Below, in pieces: positions 1 to 14,169 of a DNA stretch of 64,000 bases. Made by a program: the position numbers and the translations under genes. The first letter of the stretch is position 1. Each line of letters starts with the position of its first letter. The notes below the pieces were generated by a model. That model saw nothing but the letters and a program-made list of their open reading frames with translations. It searched no databases and was not told the origin of the DNA. This stretch comes from Octopus bimaculoides (taxonomy: Eukaryota): NCBI RefSeq assembly GCF_001194135.2, contig NC_068982.1, positions 107,518,804 through 107,582,803 of the forward strand, read 5' to 3'.

Positions 1-639
1 AGAAGCAGAACATATTCATTAGTTTATTGATTTAGTGGAGTAGTTGTGGTGAACTAACAGTTTTTGATTCTAATTATTTCAACAATTAAATTTTCATTGG
101 AGAAACAAAAAGTGAAGTCACATATTGGTGGCTTAAATCCTACAAAGAATGTTGCTAAAAATGTTGAAGTATATAACTTAGAAAGTTTTATCTTTTCCAA
201 AATCACAAGATTGTCACTTGAAAAAGAAGTATAATTTTGCTATTAATATTAGGTTTGTATGTAAATTGAAGAATAGACTTAGTAGACTGTAGATTGGCAC
301 AATCATTTAAGTAGTGGATAAATTGCTTGCAATATTTATTTACTGACTTTTATGTTTTGCATTCAAATCCCTCTGAGGTGATCTTTACTTTTCATCTTTC
401 CAAAATCAATAAAATATTGTTATAGTCAAGTCCTAGGATGGATTTTGATATTTTTTTTATAAAGCATCCTAGAAGTGAATGCAAATATAATAGAAAACTA
501 AGACAAACTTACATTTGCAAATCTTTTCCTTTCAGCTTCACCCTTTCACAAATATTACTGTCACCTAAGCTATTCTTATTGCTTTCTGATCATACTTCCT
601 ATTATCACCTTCTTTCCAGATTTCCCAGTCTTGTCTCTT

Positions 640-1600
640 AGCCTTTACCACCCTATCAACTATATCATTCCATTACCATATCACTTCCAGCTTTGCTGGA
701 ACATTGTCCCAGCCATGTGTTTAATCAGTACCCCTGAGCAGGTTGTTTCATAGATATTTCCTGTTGTCATCTATGCCACAGATATCTAAATTTTTCTTCC
801 TAGTCATTTGCATCAATTAGGATTTCTCAAAATCTATTCCCAATTGTGCGATCTTTTATTTTCTGTATCTTCTCTGTATCATTTTCAGTTTCAGTGGTGG
901 CTTAGCTGACTCTGAAGTTGCTAGACACTAATCTATGTTATGTTGTGCACTCTTCACCTGAAAAGGTATTCCCATTTGCAATAGCCCTTCTGTCCTGTTT
1001 CCTGGTGAGAAAAAAAATTGTCTGACTTGCGTGTTCACCAGATTGGTAAATGATGAGGTGCCAGGCTGGTTTTTTAAAACTGGTGTTTCAAATTGTCAAA
1101 TTAGTTGCATCACAAGCTTCCAGGAGCTTTACACCCATGTCATTTCTTGTACCATATCCCTAGTCTCTATGTATGTCACAGAAGTCATCAGCATGTTGGC
1201 CAACATATCTGTTGAAGTTGCTTGCTATGATTATGAAGTCACTGTCAGTTGTCATTGAGGTAGTCTGCAGGTTCTTATAGAAGCTGTCTCCTTCCATTCT
1301 TCTGTCAAATCAGCATGCAGAGCTTATGCAGAAATAACCACCCTGTTGAGTTATCTATAAGTAGTCACATCTTACTTATTCTGCTGCACACCCTGTCTAC
1401 CTTACATTATCCATTTTTCAGCTAACTCTATGCCTACTCCACCTCTGCTGTCACTATTACTCACCCAGAAAAGTTTGAGTCACTGTCTTGTGTTTGAGGA
1501 ATATGGTTGAGGATCCTTTCAATCTTACTTCTTGCACACAGCACACATTTACTTGTCACCACTAGTATTTCAAGACCCTTACCTGACCTACCTTTCATCA
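640..1600 (-). mobile_element. Degenerate RTE-type LINE fragment (endonuclease region)
   Basis: The reverse strand near 1190-1260 reads as a decayed xDFIIVAGDFNGHVG-like AP-endonuclease motif; many stops and frameshifts. Boundaries approximate. Confidence 0.5.
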
Positions 1601-1959
1601 TGTGTGTGTGTGTGTGTGTGTGTGAGTGTGTAGTGATGTAGAGGATGAGAAATACTGGTTTGCAGAAGGATGAGGTGAGAAACATAAGATTGGCTCAGGA
1701 AGGAGAATAGAATAGAAAGTAGTGGGATTATGTGAAAGGAGTAGGAGCAGTTGAGAGTGAGATATAGGGATACATAAGGAGCTAAAGTAGATGGGTCATG
1801 ATGGTATATATGGGAGGATATTGGAATGATAGCTGATAATCGAGTTGTTTAGAATGGAGTATAGCATGTCAGAGACAGGGGAGGAAGGGAATAGTGCCTT
1901 GTATGTACAACCATAACCAAGTACATTTAGGATATTAATTTTGCTGTAATGGATGGATC

Positions 1960-2320
1960 TTTTTGTGCACAAAAACACCAACCATCTCAGTCTTTGTCAT
2001 CTCATCCATAAGGCTCAGTACCTTCATTTCAGCCTTCAATACTTTGTCCCATGTCTTCCTGGTTTTCACTCTTCCATGAGTTCCTTCTACTTTCAGCCAT
2101 CAGCACTTCTTTATGCAACTGTCTTCATCCATATACATCATATGACCAGCTCTCTCTTGCACACATCTGATTCCTCGTATGCCTAACTATTCTCTCAATA
2201 CAGTTGCACTCTGTTGTATATGTACACTAACATTGCACATCCAGTAGAGCATACTAGCTTCATTCCTCTCTAGTCTCCACATGTCCTCTGCATTTAGGGC
2301 TCATGTCTCACTACCATGTA
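1960..2320 (-). mobile_element. Degenerate RTE-type LINE 3' coding end
   Basis: The reverse strand gives ...ccaggaagacatgggacaaagta (RKTWD.V), similar to the + strand RTE copies at about 15170 and 37870. Confidence 0.55.
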
Positions 2321-2919
2321 GCATTCGTGTGTGTGTATATAATCACATACAGTAGGCATACTCAACACACCTAAATTTTCTCAACTTTGCTGCAAATTAG
2401 GCTTTTAGTATGAACCAACAACAGAGCTTCAACATTGTTATTCAATCTGCTAGAAAATATAACCAAATAACCCTCAAATCACACCTTACCATTTTAAAAA
2501 AGGGACCACAAATTGATTAATGCAATTTTAGTCATAATGAAAGAATTGGGTGACTATTGTTGAAATACCTTTGGTCACAAGGCTGATCATGGCTGTGACC
2601 AACAACTTTTCACTATTATCAGCCTGACATCCTTCCAAATTGATGCCCTTCATAATATATATGAAATAACAAACAGTAACTTTTAATAGTGGAACTAACT
2701 CCTTAGTTGTATCACAACTCACTTGTAACAGTTACAACTACTAAATAGTGAATACCATTCTTTTAACATTCATTCTTCTATAATTAAAATTGTAACTCAG
2801 CACATTTAACCTTCTGACAATGACTTCAGCATGTTATATAAGATAATTTAGGTTAAAAGTTTGAATGCTTTGTCTCCTTTCTCATAGCCACTATGAAAAA
2901 CTCATATAAATTATATTTT

Positions 2920-3502
2920 GAATTAAAAGCAGCTCTGATAATGTAAACATCATCAGTTGCACATACATAGTGTATATGTTTTGTTTATATGCCAGTTTGT
3001 TGCAGGATAGCATCCTGGGAAAGCCTCCTACATGACACTGAGTGTTAAGAACTCTGAATGTCCCAAACCAGGCAAGATAACTTGCCCCAGGGTGAGCAAG
3101 AATGATAGTTATTAATGTTTCACTATTATTGTAGCTCTTCAGTACCAAGTACTCAACACACCTCAGAACGAAATGAATCACTAGTCTGAGGCATTTATGC
3201 AAATAATGTGAAATCTATTTGCTGATGTGCCGAGGCATAGCAATTGTGAAACAAAATTGAATTTCAAATTAAAAGCAGCTCTAATAATGTAAGCATTGTC
3301 AGTTTCACATACATAGTGTATGTGTTTTGTTTATGCACCAATGTATGTTTTGTTTATATGCAAGCTGTCTCAGCTGGTCTGGGACAGTCAGTGTTTTTTA
3401 ACATTTAGTGTCATGTATGGATCTTTCCCAGGATGCTATCCTGCAACAAATTGGTATATAAACAAAACACGCTGTGTATGTCTGACTAATAATGTTTATA
3501 TA
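2920..3502. repeat. Local duplication with inverted arms
   Basis: About 2920-2990 is repeated directly at about 3268-3360. About 2940-3088 is the imperfect reverse complement of about 3360-3502 (gttgcaggatagcatcctgggaaag vs ctttcccaggatgctatcctgcaac). Confidence 0.85.
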
Positions 3503-4079
3503 AATTATACTCTTGTGATATATGTATGAGTTTTTGGTTTTTGTACGTTTGTGTGTATAAACATTGATATCAAGAAATGTATTTTGTATTAAAAAAAGAA
3601 TAAAAATTCCTCATGTGTGCCAGAGCTACAGGACCATTCCATTCATCCTTGCAAGAAAAATTAAAATGAAGTATTTGTTTCCTTCTTTTGACCTATCCTC
3701 CTCCTTTTACAATTTAAGAATTTGACAAGTAGTTCTCCATTTGTGCAAAATAAAAGTTTATGATAAAGAATTTATCTTCAATGTCTTTTACATTGAAACT
3801 TCATTATATGTGTGTATGCTTTCCAATTTTAATCTTGCTTTTTTTGCAGTTACAAGTTAGGTTCCCCAATGGAAAGGTCTGATTTATTTTGTTTGTTTTT
3901 ACTTTAGCTTTCATATCTCTTGTTTTATTTAGCTTAATTTTCCCATGGAAGAATATTGCATGCCATTTATTCAAGAAGAAACCTTTACCAATATCCTGTC
4001 ATTCAGTTTCTCTTCATCAAAGGCTTTGAATTTAATTCAAGGCTCCCTGATAAAATATTGCCCTGTTAAACTATTAACA

Positions 4080-4307
4080 CAGTGTTTTTCAACTGGGTTG
4101 CTATGGAATATTCAGTGGAGGCCACAGCTAGTGGCCTTGCAATGACACAAAATCTTCAAATCTGCTACACAGACACATAATAGAATTTAAAAAATTGGTA
4201 ACATTAAAACAAATGTCTAAAACTTATTGCAAAAGTATAAATTAGGGATGCTTAGATACTGTATGGGTCATGAGAAGGCATTACTGAGACAAAGTTGAAA
4301 AACACTG
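4080..4307. mobile_element. hAT-type MITE (228 bp)
   Basis: Perfect 14-bp TIR CAGTGTTTTTCAAC / GTTGAAAAACACTG, with a perfect 8-bp target-site duplication TATTAACA (4072-4079 and 4308-4315). Confidence 0.9.
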
Positions 4308-5949
4308 TATTAACATTAATAGTAGCATGAGCTATACCTAGTAATAAACTTCAATGTGGCCTCTGTCTTTATATTCTAGTGCCCACTAATAGATATACAC
4401 CTGATATATTATATACTTATATCTATAATGGCTGGTAATGTTTAATTTGATATGTAATGGAACTAATTTTGCCTGCTGTAACTTTTCCTTCAAACAATGG
4501 CTGCAATAGCCTTCTCTTAGATATATTTCCCAATTTTTCTATCTCTCCCTTTTTATTTCTTTCACTCTCACTCTGTCCTTATCTATCTTTTCTCTTTCTT
4601 CCTCTCACTCACATACATAAACACTTTTCTAAACAAACAACTGCTTTTAGTTATCACACTATGTATGTAATATTTATTATACATGTGAAAGGTTAGATAC
4701 ATTGCTGTCACTGCTAGTTTTAAAAATTCTTTTCTTGTGTCATTCTGATCATTATTTCTATGTATAAAGATTTTAACATTTGAGGAATTGTGTCTAAAAC
4801 ATGTATGAATTAAAAATGAAATTTGTTATAAGAGATAAGTATTCAAAAGAAAGGGTAAGAGGTTTTAGATATACAAGGCTAGGATTACTTCAGATATGGT
4901 TATTTAACTGAGTGAGGTCCACTGAATTAATTAGTGAAACATTGTAAGCTATCAATGGTACCAAATTGAGAAAGAATAACATTCATTGATAAAATCTAGA
5001 TACTTTGTTCAGGATATAGGGAATTTGAATTCTTGTCTGATTTCAGATCAGTAAAAATATTAGAAAGAAGCTTTTTTGTCCTTTTATTTATTTGTAGGGA
5101 TGTTACAGATAAGATTTATCTGTATCCTATTTCAATTTTCTCTTTGGTCAAAAGAAGCAAGATTAAATTTTATGACTATTTTAAACTAATTATAAACTTT
5201 AAACAATACATCCATATTTTCAGTTTTGTACTTAACCCCATTAAAGTGTCTCAAAAGATTTTGAAAAAGGCATGAATTTCACAGAATCTCATCTCTTTTC
5301 TCTCATTGATATGAGGATTTGTACTGACATGTGAATTAAACAACAGAGTATTCCTTGATAATTTTTCTATGACTGAAGATTTTAATTGTAAAAGATGTTT
5401 ACAAATACACAGGCAACTAAGCATGTTCCTTCACATCCTTCACACAACATACTTAATGAGGTCTAAATCTCCTAAGTGGTTCACACATAACTGTGTTGCA
5501 ACTGCAAAAGCAATGAGTATAACTAACAATGCACCACCACCACCAAAACAATCATTCATCTCTTTCAACTGGATGTCTTTAACTCATACCACAATTTACT
5601 AGTTATACAGAATGCTCCAAGTTATCACTCCTCAATCATGGTGGCTCTGTAATTAGTAGTTCTACAGAGCAAGCAATGTGGAATTGAATGTGAGAACTTT
5701 CACACTTGTTGATTCAACTCCACATTGCTTCCCTCCAATCTCCACATATCTCTCCACTGTGTACACAATAATGTCATATACAAAAATACCTTTACTTCAA
5801 ATCAATAAAACCATTGGTTGTGACAATGTTTCTTATATTGTCACCAGACATTGCACCCTAGAGTTAGCTCTTATCCGTATCCTTAAGTCTACCTCTCTCT
5901 TCATAGAAACCTATCTTGATCTTGAGAAACATACTACAGTGTGTCTGAT

Positions 5950-6640
5950 CTCCAATAATAAAAACCTCATTGACCCTGCTGACTATTGACTTATCACTCA
6001 TTTCCAACATCTCAATAATGATAGTGACAGTCATTAACACTCTGAATCTCTCTTCTTTCTTAGTGACTTCAAGTCTGACTTTTGTAGAGTCAGATCTAAT
6101 CTCTTACTAGAGGTCTCTTATACAAGGTTGTTACTTGATGTAAGCAAAGAAATTGGTTGTGTCTGTTACATGAATCTCCTTGCTAAGCTTCCCTCATATG
6201 GGCTCTATCAATCTCTTATCTTGTGGGTCAGAAACTTTCATCCAGATCACACTATTACAGTGTGAGCTCTCTCCAACCCAAATTCTATAAATTTTATGTG
6301 TCCCAAGGTTTGATTACATCACCCACACATTCTATCTCTCTCTCTAACTTGTTGTCACCTTCAACAATGGTAACTCCAATGCAGATGTTACCACTCTTCA
6401 TTCCTCCATAACCTTCCACTCACAGGTGTGATCCACATACGTTCTATACACCTCACATTAAACTTGCACTGGCTTTATAACACATTTTCCACAGGACATA
6501 ACCATCATAACTCTTTCAACAAAGCTACAATCTGTGCATATCAAGGGAAAAAAGCCTTCTATCTCACTCCTGGCCAACATAAAATTAAAACTCTCAAAAT
6601 TCCTACAAATATTAGACCCCAACAATCATAAATGAGCATT
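5950..6640 (+). mobile_element. Degenerate non-LTR retrotransposon RT fragment (CR1/L2/Jockey-like)
   Basis: From 6134 it reads LDVSKEIGCVCYMNLLAKLPSYGL...LILWVRNF, then a VPQG-like gtgtcccaagg near 6298, matching the LD.SKAFD...GVPQG RT motifs. Boundaries approximate. Confidence 0.6.
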
Positions 6641-8726
6641 CCTGCTGATCTCATATTCATAACATAGCAAAAATTGCATTCCAAAGATAATTTTTCCGAT
6701 TTAGGGCCAAAATATTGACAACACACAAAACAGTAACAGAACAGAAGAGTGGCAGACATCTCACCAGCCTCAGAGAGAATATGAAGGTCATTAGCACAGC
6801 TCCTTCCTTTTAGTTAAACCATAAAAATTACAAGTATCTTTATTGTAGTCATCTATTGATCCATATACAACATGACATTTCCATAATTCTTATTGCAGTG
6901 TAAAAACTTCATTACATATGAACTTTTAGTTCAGTTTTGTACGTTGTATATATTTTGCATTGCCAGTTACATTACATAAAAAAGATGTATTAAAGAAAAG
7001 CAAATCCTAGCTGGAGTTCTCTTTACATTAACTTTTATCTCTGATACCACTCCTATCTCAAACTTTACTCTTAGCAGAATGATAATCATTCTATATTTCA
7101 TAATGAATAAAGTCTGTTTGGGGATTTGAACACAGAATCATAAGACTGTAAACACTGACCCAGCAGTTAAAAAGTGTGTGTTTGTGTGTTGTGTGTTTAC
7201 CACACAGTACCTTATGTGATAACAGATATTTTTATGGGAAATAAAAAAGGATTGTTGACTTGTATTTGTGTTGAATATCTATATAAGTAAAAATACCACA
7301 TGAAGAACACTTGAGCAGTCTTTACTCTTTTATCAAACTGAATATTTGTATGTCTGTAAAGCTTGACCTAATTTTGTATGTCCCTCGAATTTCTATAATG
7401 AGAGAAATTTATTTAAAGGGCTGTTATTTTTGTTTGTGCTATTGTTGTTATCGTTGTTATTGTCTTGAGACTGTAAATGGAATGTGGATGTTTATTGATG
7501 TTTGTTTCAATGTTGACATCATACTGGCTGCTACTCATACTGATTGCCCTGTTATATTTATGTGTATTTCTTCTGTCTTAATGTTTTCAGATGTTGGCTT
7601 ACCTCTACAATAGGGCCTCTAAGGCCTGCCCTTTGCCAAATCCCTTTTGTGAGGAAAGGGTTACGAATTAAAATATAATACCCCACCTCCTCTAGCTTGA
7701 CAGCCTATTTCCAGGTTTCCCTTCTTTTCATCTAATTTACATCTGAGTAGTTTGAACCCAATTGATGAAACTGTGTACTTTGTCCAATTACATAGAAAAG
7801 TATCCATGATGGGATATGTACTCTTGACTCAGGAGAGGGGAAATTCATACATCATTCACTAGACTTATTGCCACTCCCTATTCCTTAATTAGATATTCAG
7901 AACTACTGTTACAGGTCTTGTACTCTGCATCTGCTGCATGTTTCACAGCCTTCTTTCACCTCATTCTTTCTCCACCAAGCCTTTTAGGTGAATGACGCAA
8001 ATGTAATACTCTATATATGATGTTACTAAAAAACTTACAGTCAGATCTAGATAAAGCAAAACTTACACTGCACAATTTGTTCAAGTTTTGTTTTTTAATG
8101 TTTATTTTGTTTATTTGTATATAAAAGTATTCTTTCTCATTAACTCTAAAGAACTTCATTTACGGATAAGACATTATCATGATTTGAACATGAAAATTGC
8201 TGTGACAATTATTTATAGTACTCTGTGAGTGGTGTTGTAATAACTTTATATTATTTTCATATCAGTCTGAGATTTTTGCAGTTGGTACACATACTGTCGG
8301 TCCACATATCACTACTACACTCCTTTGAAATTAGTGACCACATTTGTCTAATGGCATACAAGTGTCAAAAACATGTTACCACACCTCATTAGATGAAAGG
8401 ATGTCATGTTGATTTTGTGATTATTGTGACTCTTTGTTTTATGGCTAACAACTTCATAGATACACTTAGGAATGAGACATTATGTCCACTATCTTGTCAA
8501 GAGTAAACTAAATGTATTTTTAATGGAGGCAAGAAGAGAAGGTTTTTAAGTAAAGAGCATGGCCAAAATGTGGAACAAAGTAATCCAAGATCCTGTTTCA
8601 TGATTTTATTACTGAAACCCATAATAGATTATTATTATGAAAGTATGTATCAGTGAAATTAAGTAGATGAGAAATGTGCAGAAGTTGATTGGATAGATTG
8701 CTCCTGTAATTCAAAGGCTCACCAGC

Positions 8727-8745
8727 TCTCTCTCTCTCTCTCTCT

Positions 8746-8796
<51 letters not shown>
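8727..8796. repeat. (CT)n(CA)n microsatellite
   Basis: Directly visible. Confidence 0.95.
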
Positions 8797-8798
<2 letters not shown>

Positions 8799-9834
8799 GG
8801 TTATACTGATTGTGCCTGTGGATTACATTAATTGGACAAGTATCTGTGGAATATTCAACCATTTACATAATGATTCAATGAGCAGGCAATTCAGTTGATC
8901 TAAGAACTAAACCAAAAACAAAACTGATGGAGATTTGTTATGTCTATATTGTACATATATGTATGTATATTCCTGTTGTGTATCTGTGTGTGTGTGTGTG
9001 TGTGTAAGATAAGGTAATAAAAATCATATAACATTGTATTAAAATTGAATTAATAAAGGAAAATATAACATACAATAAAAATGAATAAATACTTGTCTTA
9101 TGTGTAGTATTATAAATAGTCTATTTGTTGACATTTTTCAGTATAAAAATATCATTCAGTGTTTGGTTAACTCTATTTAGTTTGAAGTATGCACGAATAA
9201 GAATTTTGTGTGTGTGTGTGTGTGTGTGCATGCATGCATGTGTGTGTGCATGTGCATTTCTTATGAGCTTTAGCAGAGGTAGCAAAATAGCTAGAACTTT
9301 TCCAAAGATAAGTGTCTTATCTGTTGTTACATTATTAAATGATAAGATTGTGTAGGCAAAATAACCATTAATATCAAATATTACTGGCTATTACATAAGA
9401 TGGCAGTATCAGTAAAGTGCTGAACTAATTACTGTGTTGGATTCAGTTACATTTTTTTGTGTTTTGAGTTCAAATCTCACTTGGGTCAACTTCTTCCCAC
9501 TTGGTCAATAAATAAATACCAGTTAAGTTTTGGGGTTGTTTATATCAAATACTCTCCTAGTTTAAATAAGTGCTTCATTAATCAAATTAAGAATTATTAT
9601 CATTATTAGGACATTGTATTTACAGTATTAATTGAATGTTGGGCTAAATACCAAGTGGTGTTAAATTACGGCCCTTTATGTTATATATTTTCAAATCTCT
9701 TTTTGGGGTTAAATTGATTGTCCTGCATAGTCTTAACCATGATGTCTAAAGCAAACTAAAGAACTAAATTTCTAGTCAATTATTGTGGTTGCCTGTCCTT
9801 CCATATATATATACATCTATATATACATTGGTTA

Positions 9835-10125
9835 TGATGACAAGGGTTCCAGTTGAACTGATTAAAGGGACAGCCTACTCATGAAATTAACATGCAAGTG
9901 GCTGAGCACTCCATAAACATGTGTACTCTTAAAGTAGTTCTCGGGGAGATTCAGTGTAACACAGAATGTGACAAAGCTGGCCCATTGAAATACAGGTACT
10001 ACTAATTTTTGCCAGTTGAATAGAATGGAGCAATGTGAAATAAAGTGTCTTGCTCAAGGACACAATGCACCACTAGGAATCGAACTCACAACCTTACAAC
10101 CATGAGCCGATTACACTAACCACAT
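9835..10125 (-). mobile_element. tRNA-derived SINE (family with core ...ggagcaatgtgaaataaagtgtcttgctcaagg)
   Basis: B-box-like ggaatcgaactc at the right end. Core shared with the copies at 54130-54440 and 54890-55130. Confidence 0.8.
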
Positions 10126-10132
10126 ACTTTCA

Positions 10133-10183
<51 letters not shown>

Positions 10184-10329
10184 GGCAAATGAAGCTACTA
10201 GGTGTAAACCATTTGTCTTATCCAATGGATATATATATATATATATATATATAGGGAGAGAGAGAGAGAAAGAGAGAGATATATATTTAGGGAGTGGGGC
10301 ATGTGCCACTGCGAAAAATAATTATTACT

Positions 10330-10708
10330 ATTACTCCTGTCAAGGCCAACTTATTTTATCGATAGAGTTGATAAAAATAAAGTATCAATACAATGTTAGG
10401 TTCAATTTAATTGACTAATTCCATCCCTCAAATTTCAAGTTTTGTGCACATGTTAGCAACAATTATTATACAACGAAAAACAATTATTATTATTAGTAGT
10501 AGTGCTGGAAGAATCATTAGAATGTTGGACAAAATGCTTAGTGACATTTCATCAGTCTTTAAAGTTCCAAGTTCAAACTTCACCAAAATTGTCTTTACCT
10601 TTCATCTTTCGAGGGTCAAAGAAATTAGTACCAGCTGAGCACTGGAGTCAATGTAATCAACTAGCTCTCTCCCCACAAATTTCAGGCCTTGTGCCTTTAG
10701 CAAAAGGG

Positions 10709-10758
<50 letters not shown>

Positions 10759-11200
10759 CATTATTATTATTATTAAGTGGCAAGCTGGCAGAATTGTTAG
10801 CACACCAAGCGAAATACTTAAACAATATTTTGTCTGTCTTTACATTCTCTGTTCAAATCCCACCGATGTCAATTTTGCCTTTCATCCCTTTGGGGGTCAA
10901 ACACTGGAGTTGATGTAATCAACTTACCTCCTCCCCCACAAATTTCAGGCCCTGTGCTTATAGTAGAAAAGATTATTATTATTATTAAGGTAGTGAGCTT
11001 ACAAAATCGTTAGCATGCCGAGCAAAATGCTAAACAGTATTTTGCCTGTCTCCACATTCTGAGTTCAAAAATTCCACTCAGGTCAACTTTACCTTTCATC
11101 CTTTTGGGGTCAATAGAAAAAGTACCAATCAAGTACTGGGGTCAATATATTGACTACTCCCCTCCCAAAAAACTTTAGGCTTATACCTATAGTAGAAAGA

Positions 11201-11236
<36 letters not shown>

Positions 11237-11470
11237 GCAGTATCATTATACATGTTTGAAATACATTGTGGTAGTTCTTCCAACTGTTTACATTCTAATT
11301 CCAAATCCTTACAAGGTCCATTTTGCTTTATCTCCCTCCAGGGTCAATAAAATAAAGTGCCAGTCAAGTATTGGGGTTGATTTAGTTGTCTAACCTGGTC
11401 CCTTATATTTCTGACCTTGTGTCTATGTTAGAAACAATTGTTATTATTGTTATTATTATCATTATTATTA

Positions 11471-11530
<60 letters not shown>
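10330..11530 (+). mobile_element. Head-to-tail array of about 6 copies of an (ATT)n-tailed SINE
   Basis: Repeated unit gcaagctggcagaattgttagc...gttcaaatcc...tttgcctttcatccttt.gggtc...aaatttcaggccttgtgcct..agtagaaa, with (ATT)n runs between units. Confidence 0.88.
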
Positions 11531-11769
11531 TTTATCGCTTAACATCCACTTTCCATGCTAGCATTGCTCCTTTTATGTATTGTTTGACTTTGAACAATAA
11601 AAACTGTTGACTGACAACTAAGTTGACTCCTAAATAAAATCTTGTAAGACCGGTATTGGTGACCTATTAAACAAAGAAGTGTCATCACCAGAGCACACTC
11701 AGTGCAATTAATTGGTTCACTTATGATGTTGTTTTTAATTATGTAAAATTATTTCTTCATAATTTTCAG

Positions 11770-11869
11770 ATCTTCCTTTGTTCGTCTTCGACATCTCTAC
11801 ACAAACACCTGGGTACACAGTACATCCATACCTGTCGACAAAGATGAAGATAAACCTATCATGAACAAG
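11770..11869 (+). CDS. ITPR: ITPR exon (IP3-binding core, beta-trefoil): [33 protein letters not shown]
   Basis: ttttcag| acceptor, AAG|gtaatt donor, 100 nt, phase 2 to 0. Resembles vertebrate [33 protein letters not shown]. Confidence 0.96.
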
Positions 11870-12419
11870 GTAATTATTTTCTCCAATATATAATTAAAAA
11901 ATTTAAAACTTAATATACCATTTCACCATTGACATTCTTTGTATTCTTATCAGCTTCAGCTTTATTGTTGTGATCAAAGCTAATCTGAACATTATCTTCA
12001 AGAAACTTTTGTTTTTGTGGAGACATTGAAATTTTTAAAAAATATTTTAACATAGATGGTCAGTGTCTTTGTCATCATCATCATTGTCTTCATAGCACTT
12101 GTCATGTTCCCAAGTCACTCCCACAACATTCAATGCTGTGAGGTGATGCAATTTTATACTTGCCTGCCATAGCCACTCTCTCTACTTTCAATCTATTCTA
12201 GAGATTTGCTTGATTTGTGGATATATGGATATAACAGGAAAAGGTGGAGTATTGTATAGTTCTAATGTTTTTGTTACAAATGTTGTATGTATTTGACAAA
12301 CCAAGTGTTTATTCCAGTGTTTCATATTCTCAGTGGCAGGACTGTCAGTAGAAGTTGTTCACAACAAAGAAGCCAGTATTTCTTTATTTCATTATCATAT
12401 TTGGTTTTCAAGATTCTCG

Positions 12420-12650
12420 ATGTGAAAGGAAACAGATAGACAGACCTGGGTTAGAGAAGGCATGCCATTGAGGAAGTGACAATGACAACAAAAAGACTTT
12501 GATAAACTTAGCTGTTTGATTAATTAACAGAATGATTAATCAAACAATCTATTAATTCTTTGATTAAATGGTTAAGCAATTGACAAAGAAATAAGTGAAA
12601 TAGAACCAGTGTGTGTATCTGATTATTATTGGCATAATAACCCTCCTAGT
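12420..12650. repeat. Interspersed repeat; second copy at about 52170-52400
   Basis: Shared acagacct...aacttagct...gaaa.agaaccagtgtgtgt...attattggcataat.accctcc. Class not identified. Confidence 0.6.
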
Positions 12651-13074
12651 ATTTCTTTGTTGAATTTGATACCTTGTGGTGGTCAATCCAATCATGGTTT
12701 TAATTTTCTTCCCCAAAACTATCAGTAGTAGCAGCAATGTTATTTACAATTCCTAATGAATGTAAATATGAAAACAATAATAAATCATATTGGATTAAAG
12801 AACTTTAAGTTTTTCCTATTGCTTTCATTGGTAGCATTTGTTTCTGTGCATTTTACTTTTATACTATTTCCACAGCTGCCCCCATGACCATTGTTGTCAC
12901 TACCTTTACATTGTTACTATCACATCAAAAATAACCATCAGTACCAGATTAAACTGCCATCAATACTGACCATCATTCCTCTTGTCATCACTATTATTAA
13001 TATCATTTTTAACCATCACATCTACCATGCCTGTTCACAACCATTAGTGAATTTGTCATTTTCCATTCACTTAG

Positions 13075-13235
13075 GTTGGTTGTGCTTCCATTAAAGAAGA
13101 CAAAGAAGCCTTTGCAATAGTTCCAGTTTCACCCCAAGAAGTTCGTGATTTAGATTTTGCCAATGATGCCAGTAAAGTTCTATCCAATATTGCAATGAAG
13201 CTGGAATCTGGTTCAATAACTCAGAATCAAAGAAG
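13075..13235 (+). CDS. ITPR: ITPR exon: [53 protein letters not shown](R)
   Basis: cacttag| acceptor, AG|gtttgt donor, 161 nt, phase 0 to 2. Highly conserved IP3R motif. Confidence 0.96.
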
Positions 13236-13954
13236 GTTTGTTCTAATACTTGTAGCCTTACATTTTCCAATATCATAATGTTAATTTCCTATATCATAAA
13301 GATTAAAGTGATATAATTGTAAATATAATTGAGAAAATTTTCTTCAGATCAAATCTTTTTATGACTCTTATAACATTGTCATACTTAACTTTTTTATCTG
13401 TATATATTATGAACAAATTAACCTAGTTCAATCTTCAACTAAGGGCAACATCCATGGAAAGTTACAAAACTTTAAGGGTGATAACTTTCAAAAAATATAT
13501 TGCTTATTAATGGTCTCTGATCTCCAGCTGTTAGCTGCACAGCTAATAGTGATAACATCCACTTTGTAAATGTAAATCCTTTTTATCTGAGCTAAACCTC
13601 TTGCTCAATTTCACTTGGGCTTTACATGACTTTATCAGAGTCCACTTTGTTGCAAGCATTTGGAACAGATATTCTGTAAATGGATGAACCATGAACTGAG
13701 ATTTCATCATCTCTTTACCTCACAAGTTTTAAAAGCTTTGTAAAAGAAAATGGTCATGGATGTTGTTGTTCTTCCTCTGACTAAACCAGAAAAAAATAGG
13801 TGTTATCTTTTGTGCATGTATGCATTCACACACCATTCTACTCTAGTCAACAAAATTCAAAATCCAGAGCAACTATTTTTAATAGAATCAAATTATAAGA
13901 AAATTTATAAGAAAATATTTTCTTGAAAATAAAAATGTTCCTCTCTTGTGATAG

Positions 13955-14096
13955 GACTGTCACCCAACTTCTGTCAGACTTGCTATATTTTCTGGCCAAC
14001 CAAGAGAACACTGGTGCGGACCCTCTAGAGCTAGAAGTATCTAAACCAGATCGTGAAAGACAAAAACTGCTCAGGGAGCAAAATATTTTAAAACAA
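13955..14096 (+). CDS. ITPR: ITPR exon (IBC alpha domain, R504/K508/R511 equivalents): [47 protein letters not shown]
   Basis: gtgatag| acceptor, CAA|gtaagt donor, 142 nt, phase 2 to 0. Confidence 0.97.
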
Positions 14097-14169
14097 GTAA
14101 GTTGTATTTTGCCAACTTTTCATGTGTCTGATTTCTTTTTTTTTTTTTTTTAAATTAGTTTGCATACAA

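Noticed and set aside
10502-11610. ORFs with long poly-Ile runs (also poly-Leu at 41927, poly-Ser-Leu near 8598, 15394-15784 and 37496-37787)
   Set aside because: Translations of (ATT)n and (CT)n microsatellites in SINE/LINE tails, not genes.
1-11769. Upstream ITPR exons (e.g. one encoding SIFELDPTT...VPR)
   Set aside because: No matching reading frame with splice sites found. The region is repeats and AT-rich intron-like DNA, so the previous exon is probably outside the window.
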